DNA of 37,204 nucleotides, taken from NCBI GenBank assembly GCA_003971905.1, contig RSEE01000014.1, positions 930,001-967,204 on the forward strand, written 5' to 3'. Positions 1 to 9,085 of this stretch are shown piece after piece; the stretch's first letter is position 1, and every line of letters starts with the position of its first letter. The translations under genes were made by a program, and so were the position numbers. Under the pieces are notes generated by a model that was not told the DNA's origin, made no database searches, and saw only the letters and a list, made by a program, of their open reading frames with translations. The stretch comes from Moniliella sp. 'wahieum' (taxonomy: Eukaryota).

Positions 1-354
1 AGGTCCCGTTTGACCGTGCGGCTCACCTTCTCGAAGGCCACGGCCACGGTCACGGCCACGGTCAAGGTCACGGCGCCGACGACCCGCTACTGACTCGCCC
101 TTGCACTTGCCCCCGCTTCGACCGATCCCCAAGCTGGACGAAATCCCACAAGCTAGTCGCACCCCGTCTCGTCCTGCCAGCCCCGCGCTTTCGCCTCACA
201 TGCCACCATAAGGGCCTAAGGCCTTGGCCTAAGGTCTAACCCCTAACGCCCACCTCTCATAACATGTAACAAGTGGCCCAGACCCCGTCGATGAACAAGA
301 TTCTCCCCAGCGCGAGCCTCCTTTTGGTGTTTACGCGTCGTTCGTTGCATGTTA

Positions 355-382
355 GGTGACCGGTGACCGGTGACCGGTGACC
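355..382. repeat. (GGTGACC)x4 heptamer tandem array
   Basis: Four exact copies read directly. Confidence 0.9.
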
Positions 383-830
383 GTAGAATAGACAGGCATT
401 TCAACTGCCGCCCTTTGCTCCCCCCTGGCTGGGGTTCCCCGGCCTACCAATTTCACTCCCCCTTGTTATTTTTCTCGTAGCGAATTATGGCCAAGCCGTA
501 GCGGGGGACTGGGGGTAAGCTGACTGACAAGCCTTACCCCTTACCCTTGAGCTCAAGCTTGAGCAGACTGAGTACTGAGCGCCTGAGCGGAGAGACAGTG
601 GGAGAGAGGTGGCTACCGCAGGGGAACAAGGAGAGAGAGGAGCTGGCAAGATACAGCATGGAGAAGACCGTGGGCGTGATTGAAAAAAAAAGACAAAAAG
701 AGGAGACACGGGCAACGTAGGGCTGTGGCGATGGGATGTGTGAAGGAGGGGGGGGGGGGGGGGGAATGGTCCAGAGGAGGAGGTACAGGGGCAGACGTAA
801 GGTACGGGCGCCTTCACGCTGTTGACTCAC

Positions 831-1640
831 AAGCTGCTACTACCGGCGGCGTTGGCCTGGCAGGAGGAAAGAGGGGGAACACAACGTCAGTAGGCGAGCA
901 GGGGAAAACGAAGGGAAACAGAGGAAACCGCAGGGACACGACGTACCGCTTGCTTCAGCGCCTGAGTCGGCAACATTTGCGGCGGGTTGAAGCGTTGCCA
1001 CATCAGCGGCTTCAAAGAGCCGTCCCAGTCGTACAGCTGGAGGTAATACGCTGCCTCGTCGTAATGGGTATCGATGCCGATCTGGAATCCCTTGAGGGTC
1101 TCCTTTTGGCCATACCATTGTACCTGCTCCGAGTGGCTGTTGCAACGCGACGCTTGCAGCATCGCTCCGTCTGCCGGGAAGGGGTTGAGGATGACCCAGT
1201 TGGTATCGTTGACAGTGTAGGAGCCGTGTTGCCAGATCAGATACGCCGACACGCACATTGGGTTGCTGCCGTTGATTTGTACTGGTACAGGGCCTCCTCA
1301 AAGAAGCCATCGTCGGTAAAGCTGTAGCTGATGCCGGCCGATTGCGGGTAGGTGAAGGAGTTGTTGGCCGGGTTGTAGAAGTTGAGGCCGGTCAGCACAT
1401 GGCCTGCGCCGCTGCTCCAGGTGCCACTGAGGGACGTGACATTGTTGGCCTGGCCAATGCCGGTGCCGACGGCGGCGCAGCGACGGTGGGCGCCGGCGAC
1501 GCTACCAGCGCGACGAGCCCAGCCAGGGCGGTGGCCAAGGCGGCGGCGGGGAGGGCGGCGAGGAGGGCGCCCCGGCGGCGCGTGTGCGCAGGGCGGGGGG
1601 ACGAGGCGGCGGCGGAGGGAGGAGGGGGCATCGAGCGCAT
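831..1640 (-). CDS. ROT1: Rot1-family ER protein-folding chaperone (introns, apparent frameshifts; last exon beyond ~830 unresolved)
   Basis: Minus-strand translation gives a hydrophobic signal-like N-terminus, then NVTSLSGTWSSGAGHVLTGLNFYNPANNSFTYPQSAGISYSFTDDGFFEEALYQY and SAYLIWQHGSY...NPFPADG...LQLYDWDGSLKPLMWQRFNPPQMLPTQAL. These match the Rot1 motifs GTWSS, GISYSFT.DG.FEEA, IWQHG.Y and PPQMLPT. Frame breaks near 1455 and 1278; GT..AG introns start near 946 and 830. Confidence 0.88.
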
Positions 1641-2263
1641 CGCACGCAGCCCTGGCGGTGTGGCGGACAGAGCAGGGGAGAAGGTGGTGGCGCTGGGGGG
1701 TGCTGAGCCTGCGCGGCTGCTCCCGCTGGGCGGCTGGGCAGCGCCGGCGGGCTGCGGCGCCAGCCGAGTCGCAGCGCGTGGGCCGGTGGTCTGACCCGTG
1801 ATCTCACCGGCCGCCGGCGAACAATGCACCCGTGCCGCCCGCCCACCCACACTGGTGTGCTGCCGCCCGGCATGGCGGCCGCATCCCGACCACTGCAGCG
1901 CAGCGCAGGGCCTCTCTTGGCACCCGCACCCGAGCGCGGCGCGGCGCCAGCCTCGCGATGGACCCTCTGACCCAGCCAGCGGCGGGGGTGGCTGTCCCGC
2001 GGCATGCCGCGTCACACCCCGTGTGCACCGCGGTGGCCCCCGATCGCCACTTCTGCGTGGCTGGCGCCCTGCCCGTGCCGCCGTGCTCCGATCGGCCTGC
2101 TTCCCTCTGCTGCTGGGGAGCAGGCGGGTGTAGACCGGCGGTGTTCCTTGTGGAAGCGCCAGCGTGCATGCGCTGTCCGGCAACGTGCATGACACTGGCC
2201 CCCGGCGCCGCTGCGCGCCCCCTGCGGATGCGTGCGGGTTTCCTCAATGTGTGATGTGTGCAT

Positions 2264-2296
2264 GTGACCGTGACCGGTGACCGGTGACCGGTGACC
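2264..2296. repeat. GTGACC/GGTGACC tandem array between the divergent ROT1 and bL36m genes
   Basis: gtgacc gtgacc ggtgacc ggtgacc ggtgacc. Confidence 0.9.
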
Positions 2297-2603
2297 CCTG
2301 ATGCAGATGGGGTCTGCTGGCAGCTGCAGCACAGGAGGAAGAGCAGCAGCACAGGCAGCAGCACTGCGGCAGCCGCCAAAACAAAAGCACGGCGGCCGTT
2401 CGGACTTGCCAGGGTGAAATCTGAAATCTGAAAGGTGGACTGCTGCCTCTGCCCTGGCGCAGCAACTGAACATTGCACTCTTCTGGTGCTATTACGCAAT
2501 CCACCTGCCAGCCCGCTTCTTGCCGTCGTCTGCGCATCGCTCATCCGTGCTTCTGCGTGCAGTGCCTTGCCATCGACGACGACCCGCCGCCGGCCCTACA
2601 GTC

Positions 2604-3061
2604 ATGCTCGGCGCTCCTCTCCGTTCCCTCCTTCGGCCTGCCCTCGCGGCCACGACACGGCCCGTCTCTGTGTCCGTTGTGCGGGGAGTGCATATGGCAC
2701 GGAGTGGTTCCACTCCCCGTGCGGTGCGGGCCTCTGCGCGCATCGCCACAACCGCTTGCTGCCCCCCTTTCCGCCCCGCTCCCCTCGCACCCCACTTGCA
2801 CGTCCACGTCGCGCCACGCCCGCCACGGCGCGCGGGATGAAGGTGCGCACGTCGCTCGAGAAGCGGTGCAGCTCGTGCCAGATCGTCCGGCGGCGTGGCA
2901 AGACGTTCGTGATTTGCAAGGCGCATCCGCGCCACAAGCAGGTATGTCCATCCGTCCCCCCCGACCAGGCTCGGTTGGGTTTTGCGCGAGGAGATGCAGG
3001 TTGCGCGATGGGTACTAATGCGTGCTGCTTGGTTTCTGTTTCCCAGCGGACACGCAACTAA
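2604..3061 (+). CDS. RTC6: Mitochondrial ribosomal protein bL36m (L36 family) with Arg-rich presequence
   Basis: [35 protein letters not shown] from 2837 is the L36 zinc-ribbon signature. Intron 2942-3046 (GTATGT...TACTAAT...CAG), then RTRN-stop. Upstream ATG at 2604 encodes [19 protein letters not shown] (targeting-peptide-like) in another frame. Confidence 0.9.
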
Positions 3062-3631
3062 CCTGGCCCGGGTGCGCTTGCGCATAGTCGTCGGCCAGAG
3101 GAAGAAGCCCCCCCGATGCATGTGATTTGGTTGGACTGATGCTGCTGCTGCTGAGCGGGGTGCGATGCAAAGGGGGTCTGAAGACTTCATTTTGGCATGG
3201 GCTAAGATAGCAAGGGGGGAGGCAGATGAGTCCTGAGGCCTGAGTGGAGAGGGCCTTAGGAGGCCCAGGCCTAAGGCCTAACCCTCGGACGAGGTCGACA
3301 ATGAACTGCTGGCCAAGGGCGGGTTGAGAGCAAAGGAGGGGTAGGGTTGGGTGACACGTGACTCCGGGTGTGATGTGGTGATCGCATGCCGCAGGGCCCA
3401 ACCACCCCCCCTGTACTGGTCTGCGTCCTGAGGCCCTGGGGCCTGACGCGCTGACGTGACATGTGACATGTGACATGCGACACCTGGCACGCGCACCGGC
3501 TAATCATGATGCAGCCATGCACCTGGCGAGCACTAGCCCAGCCAGTGGCTAGTAGTGGCCGGAGCGAGCGGCTCGATCAAGTGCGTGCACAGGCCGCAGG
3601 GCGCAGTACCGAGGCAAGGATGATCGGGGTT

Positions 3632-3659
3632 GGTGACCGGTGACCGGTGACCAGTGACC
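3632..3659. repeat. (GGTGACC)x3 + AGTGACC tandem array
   Basis: Read directly; related arrays (GTGACAT)x3 at 3456-3476 and (GGGTGAC)x2.7 at 3701-3719. Confidence 0.9.
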
Positions 3660-3992
3660 GATGGCGATGCAGGCGCCACGCGGTGGCGCTGACGCGTGAG
3701 GGGTGACGGGTGACGGGTGCGGGCACAACCGCCGTGCTGCCGCTGCGGCCGCAGCCACGACGCAGCACGCAGGCAGCGCGGCCGGCATGTCGGCGGGCGT
3801 TCGCAGCGGGCGTTCGCATTGCAGGGGGCCTGGCGTGCCGCCCAGCCGGGGCGGTGGATGCTGTGTGGCCGCCCGACCTGCACCCAGGCTACAACCCACC
3901 CGCCCCGCCGCCCGCACCGCCCCCACCCCCCGCCGCCGCCTCGGCCGTGGCAGAGCGCGCGGCCCCCCAGCCCACACCGCACCCTCCCTCCC

Positions 3993-4152
3993 TGTCGGCC
4001 TCGCTACTACCACAGAATGTGAGCACTGAACGTCGTATTTGACTAAGAAGCTTCTGCGACTGACTCGTCCAGAAGACTGGTGCGAGCTCGGAAGGAATGA
4101 AAGCTGACTCACGTGACTCAGGGTCCGCGCGGTCCTAGGACGGATGTCAACA
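3993..4152 (-). repeat. 3' LTR of element 1
   Basis: TGTCGG...TCAACA on + strand; near-identical to 8889-9048; polypurine tract adjacent. Confidence 0.96.
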
Positions 4153-4160
4153 CCCCCGCT
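4153..4160 (-). other. Polypurine tract of element 1
   Basis: Minus strand AGCGGGGG immediately precedes the 3' LTR. Confidence 0.75.
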
Positions 4161-4175
4161 GACCGGAGGGCCCAG

Positions 4176-7100
4176 TCATGTGGACTGGATCCATCTCTCG
4201 ACGCGGAGTTGAGCAAGATGGCTTGTCAGGGCGGGACGGCCGAGAGGCTTGGTGAGGACGTCCGCTGGGTTCCTTTCGCCGGGGATGTGTACAAGTATGG
4301 CCTCGCCCGAGTCCACGTGTTGCCGTACATTGTGGTACCGGATCTTCAGCTCTCGGAGCTTGCCGGTGCTGCCAAATTTGTGGGCGAGATCGACGACAGA
4401 CTTATTGTCGCAATACCAATGAATGGGTGTACCCTCGCCGATGGCCCCAAGCTCGATCATGATGTTCTTGACATAGTTGGCGTCAACCAGTCCATCATAT
4501 CCTGCCGTATATTCGGCGGCGGCGGTACTGGTAACGCTCTTCGGCTGAAGAATGGATCGCCACGACACCGGCACACCGTACACCATCAGTAGGCATCCAG
4601 ATGTGGAGCGTGCCTGGATGGGATCTCCCGCCAAGTCGGAATCTGTATACAGCGCAATGGCCGGTGCATCTGATGTTGGGGTCAACCTCAGGCCCTTTCC
4701 TCGAGTATGGTACAGGTAGCGAAGGAAGTCATCGACTGCTTGATGATGCTGCTGCGATGGGTCGGCAGCGGCTCTGCTGAGGGCCGTGATAGCGAAGAGG
4801 GAGTCAGGCCGGCCCATTCGTGCAGCCCACAGTCCCGATCCGATCTTCCCCTGATATGCCTTGCGCAAGGCTGGGAGGGATGGGGGTTCAGGGTCGGCAC
4901 GGGGCGGTATCATCCGTACGGGATGTGGGAGAGTCCGGATCCACGGGGCTTTGATGTGGTGCTTTGCCACCACTTCCTCGATGAACTTTGGTTGGCTCAG
5001 GTACAGCTCCCCACCGATCCGATCGTATTGGCATCCCAGGTGGTAGTGAAGGGGACCGTTACCACGAACATCAATGTGTGTGTTTTCTCGGCCATAAACT
5101 CCTCGTACTTTTGGTGTGACTTGCATGCGAGGAGCAGATCGTCGGTGTGGACCGCCAGGAGGATCTGCTCACCCGTGGTGCAGCGCGCACGAACAAGCAG
5201 GGCTCGGTCAAGCTTTGCGTGAAGCCGAGCTTGTCACGCAGCAGGTTCCGGATGTATCGTGCCCAGTTTGCTCCGCTCTGATGTAGCCCGTATAGACTCT
5301 TCTTGAGACGCCACACGCGACCACCCGCTTCGGGGAAGTAGGGGGGTGGGCGGATGTAGACTGCTTCTTCGAGGGGGGCGTTCAGGTACGCTGCATTGAC
5401 GTCCGCCGAGAAGAGGCCAAACTTATACTTCTCGGCCAGCACGACGAGGGTCAGGATGGCAGGTGTGCGCACCGATGGTGCGAACGTCTGGCCCCAAGTC
5501 TCGGCCGATTGTTGGTGTCCGCCCGCGACAAAGCGCGCGCGGTGGCGCAGGAACCGGCCCTCGGCGTCCGTCTTTGTGGTGATGCGCCATAGTCCTATGA
5601 GGATTTGTGCACCCGGTGGTGGGTACGTAGCCTCGTAGGTGCCGTATCGCGCGAGTGTGGCCACCTCGTCGGCCATAGCCTGCTTGACCATGGCAAAGGA
5701 GGGTGAGTCTCGAGACCCTTGAGCGTCTTGGGAGCGAGGGGTACGCCATCCTTGGTGAGCTGAACCGTGTCCGGGTGGATGGGTGCGCTGAGAGCAGTCA
5801 TGGCGGCGTATTCGGGAGGTTGAACTGTGTCGGCAAACGGGGGGGCGGATGTGTCAGGTAGGGGGCGGGCGATGCCGATCTCTGGTGCGGCGCAGTGGGG
5901 CGTGGCGGCTGCAGCACGAGCATGGTAGGTCGTGTCGGTGGGGTCGTCAGCGATTGGGAGTGTGTGCAGGTCGAGGGAGGTGCGGGTGGTGCGCTGGCGG
6001 AGGGGGTAGCGGCGCGGAGGGGGGGTGGTGGTGGGAGCGGGTGTCTGGGGTGTGGCGGCGGTTCGGGGCATGGGTGCTGCCGCGGCTGGCGGAGTAGGGT
6101 TAGCGTCTTTTTCACTGTCGATTTTAATTTGAGGTGATTTGGAGATGTCGGGTGGGAAGTGGTCGGGGTGGAGATGGGGGTAGATGGCGTTGCCCCATTT
6201 GTACGGTTTCGACCAGCGGTAGGTGAAGGTACCCAGGGATGGTTGGTATGTGGCGAAGAGCCATCCCTTTGATCCGCGCTGATGGTGGTATCCTACCAGC
6301 ATACCTTCCTCTGCCCGCGCGCTGAGCTTGTGCTCGCGGCGTGACTCGGGCAGATGGAGGTATGCAACGCGGCCAAAGGGTTGCATCGGTAACGAGTATG
6401 CGTGGCCTTTGTATCGCTCAAATCGCGATTTGTTGTCTTCCCCGGATGTTTTGAGTGGCATTTGGTTTTGGGTGAAGCACGCAGCGTGGAGGCTGTGTTC
6501 CCACCAGTCCGACGTCGGAAGACCTGTACCCAAGAGCAACTGCCTTGCACGAGTCGTTATGGTTCGGATGGCACGCTCAGCCACACCGTTGCTAGCACTC
6601 TGCCCCGGGATTGTCCGTTCTGACGTGATGCCTTGCTCGTCCAGAAAAGGTTGCAGTGCGCTTGTCAATTCGGGGGCGTTGTCCGTGCGCAAAGTCCGCA
6701 GCAGTCTGTCCGGGCCGTAGCGTTGCTCCCGCAATATGAGGTTCCGCAGTTCCTTCGTTGCAGCGCCCTTTGTCGGGATCGCTGTGGTGAAGACGTACCG
6801 CGTGAAGTCATCAACGGCGACGAGGGCGTATCCGTGCCCCATGCCGGTTACCCGGGGGAGGTCTACTACGTCGACGTGGAGGACCTCGAAAGGTCTTTTG
6901 GATCGGAGGCGGTCCCGGCTCGGATGGGGCGATGCTGTCGCTAGTGCCACCGCGCATGTTGGGCAATCCCACTCTGAACGACAGAGGGAGATATGCTTGG
7001 CTGTGACGCGGAGGCCTGCGGTTTCCGATCGTGTAAGCCAGGGGAGGAGGTCGATGGCTGCGTGGTTCCAGCGTTTGTGGGCTTTAGAGACGTGGTCCAG

Positions 7101-7586
7101 GGCCAGGGATGCTGCGAGGGAGTTTGGGGTTGAGGGTGGGTCGGCCGGTTTGATCGGTTTGGTCGCCATGGCCCGCAGGGGTGTGGGTGGCGTTCGCGGG
7201 TTGTGTAAGATCGTGAATTGATAGTCACTGCCGGTTACTTTTCGTAGGGTGGATCCTGGGTTACCAAGCCAGATACCCTTCTGGTGTGGGGCGAAGTATG
7301 ATGCGATTCCGGTGTTCGACAGGTGTGCTACACTGACGAGATTTCGGCTGAAACGGGGCATGTATAGGCTGTTGGGGAGTTTTATCTCCATTTGGTGTCC
7401 TCCTAAGCATCGGATACGGATTGTGGCCGTGCCTCGTCCTTCCGCCTTTACATGTGTCCCGTTAGCAACCTCTATCTCGTCGTCGCAAGGGGTCATGGAT
7501 GTGAAGACGGATTTGTCTTTCCAAATGGATGGGAATGCCCCACTGTCATATAATGCCCGGATGATTCGCATTTCGCCCCCGAGTTC
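4176..7586 (-). CDS. pol: Element 1 pol (protease, integrase, RT, RNase H); split by apparent frameshifts near 5700 and 5090-5190
   Basis: Protease LYDSGA. Integrase HKRWNH..CPTC, LHVDVVD, RTDNAPE, SNGVAERAIRT. RT RHRARFVAGG, ADVNAAYLNA, LKKSLYGLHQSG, AVHTDDLL. RNase H YTDSDLAGD, AEY, NPADVLTKPL. Confidence 0.95.
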
Positions 7587-8834
7587 CTAGTAGTCAGCTG
7601 TGCCCGCATCAACGTCAATCACTTCAGACTCGGGAGAGCTCGCTCTCTGAGCGACGTGAGCGTTGGCTCGGCCTGGGTTGCGCGGAGGGACAACAGGTTT
7701 ATTAGACGTCGCGCTGCGCCAGGGTTGGTTGGTGCGGTCTTGCCCCTTGGTCTTTGTGTCCGCGAGGTTGTCGTCGCCGGCTTTGCCCCCGCTGGAGTTT
7801 TTTCCCCCGCTGGTGGGTCGTCCCCCGCTGTCGGGTCGAGTCCAAGGCGTTCCTCCGTTGACCGGCTTGCCTCCGTTTCTCTTCCTTTCTCCACCGGGAT
7901 ACGTGGCGGCTGGTATGTCCATCACGGCCTGCCGTAACTTGTCTAGACTCGAGCGCTCTTCACGCTGGCGAATGCTCATGTCGCGTAAGCCGAGTAGGAT
8001 CCCAGTGCGTTCCTGCTCTTCCGTAAGTGGGATGCCCGCTCGCGTCAGGCTTGCACTGATCTCTTCCATGTAGTCGAGGTAGTCTCGACCCGATCGGTTT
8101 CCTTGGTCGGCCGAAAAGTAGCGAATGAGTAGAGGCCCTCTGTTTGCGGTAGGCGTATATCCATACCGCTGACGCAGCATGTTCAGCGTGTCCTGGGTGC
8201 ATGATATTTCGTGGTGGGTGCGGATCGTCCGGAAGAGGGTTGACGGCATGGCTTCCCTAAGAAGGTTGTGCAAGCGTCTGTCGAGGTCCTCGGTGAAGTA
8301 GCGGGAGCTGCGACCATTCTGGACGACGTCGCTTGCGTGGGGGTGGGCATCTGTTATCGCGAAGAGAAATTCGTCTTCCCAAGCGCTGTAGGCGGACGGG
8401 TCTTTGTTCAGATCAGGCCACTTGATATTCTTGGTGGGAGACTCGCGTAGTGATCTGTAAAGGTCGTACTCGGGTCGCGAGGCTGCGCCTGTAGGTGCCC
8501 CCAAAGTTGCGTTGGGTTGAGTTTCCATTTGGTGGATGTTTTGCACCACAAAATTCGTAGCCCGTCGAACCCAGTTTGTCGTGATAGACGTAGGTTCGTC
8601 CTTCCATCCAAGCCACTCGGCTCTGTCGTGTATAGCTCTGTTGATCTTCTCTTTAACGACATCGATGTCGTTCGTCTTCTTGAACCACAGGTGCGCTTCG
8701 GCGCAAAGCATCATGAGTTCCTCGTTGTCGGTGCCAATCGGTGGCGGATCGCGACCGGTTGGTGTCCAGTAATCGCGCTTGTTCACCATTGTGGTGTCGC
8801 TGACCGAGAGATCGGTGTTAGCGTTGGCGCCCAT
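7587..8834 (-). CDS. gag: Element 1 Gag (no CCHC knuckle; basic Gly/Arg-rich C-terminus), ends in TAG in frame with pol
   Basis: Uninterrupted ORF from MGANANTD. Copia-gag-like segments YSAWEDEF, LNMLRQRYG and DYLDYMEEISASLTRAGIPL..ILLGL. Located between the 5' LTR and the protease. Confidence 0.88.
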   Translation of the reverse strand: MGANANTDLSVSDTTMVNKRDYWTPTGRDPPPIGTDNEELMMLCAEAHLWFKKTNDIDVVKEKINRAIHDRAEWLGWKDEPTSITTNWVRRATNFVVQNIHQMETQPNATLGAPTGAASRPEYDLYRSLRESPTKNIKWPDLNKDPSAYSAWEDEFLFAITDAHPHASDVVQNGRSSRYFTEDLDRRLHNLLREAMPSTLFRTIRTHHEISCTQDTLNMLRQRYGYTPTANRGPLLIRYFSADQGNRSGRDYLDYMEEISASLTRAGIPLTEEQERTGILLGLRDMSIRQREERSSLDKLRQAVMDIPAATYPGGERKRNGGKPVNGGTPWTRPDSGGRPTSGGKNSSGGKAGDDNLADTKTKGQDRTNQPWRSATSNKPVVPPRNPGRANAHVAQRASSPESEVIDVDAGTADY

Positions 8835-8888
8835 GGTTGTGGGTGTAGTTTTGGCCAGCTCAGGGATGAGCAGATAAGGATGTAACTC

Positions 8889-9048
8889 TGTCGGCCTCGC
8901 TACTACCACAGAATGTGAGCACTGAACGTCGTATTGGACTAAGAAGCTTCTGCGACTGACTCGTCCAGAAGACTGGTGCGAGCTCGGAAGGAATGAAAGC
9001 TGACTCACGTGACTCAGGGTCCGCGCGGTCCTAGGACGGATGTCAACA
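8889..9048 (-). repeat. 5' LTR of element 1
   Basis: Direct repeat of 3993-4152, followed by TSD CTCCC. Confidence 0.96.
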
Positions 9049-9085
9049 CTCCCGACCACCACTCCACCCCCCCCCGTCTCTGGCC

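Larger units (their letters stand above)
3993..9048 (-). mobile_element. Full-length Ty1/copia LTR retrotransposon (element 1), recent insertion
   Basis: Two 160-bp direct repeats with TG...CA ends differing at one base (gtatttgact vs gtattggact). TSD CTCCC at 3988-3992 and 9049-9053. Gene order gag-PR-IN-RT-RH is the copia order. Confidence 0.97.

Noticed and set aside
1..95. His-Gly repeat (GHGHGHGHGQGHG), possibly the end of an upstream gene
   Set aside because: Too short and truncated by the window edge to assign a product or frame.
205..250. Telomere-like CCTAAG/CCTAAC repeats (also ~3270-3285 and ~28861-28898)
   Set aside because: Only 2-4 degenerate units at internal positions; not a telomeric tract.
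1342..3982. Many overlapping Ala/Arg/Pro/Gly-rich ORFs in the ORF track
   Set aside because: Expected by-products of very high GC content or antisense shadows of real genes; no recognisable domains.
8835..9062. N-terminal extension of ORF 7587..9062 through the LTR
   Set aside because: The LTR is simply open in this frame; the plausible Gag start is the ATG at 8834, downstream of the LTR.
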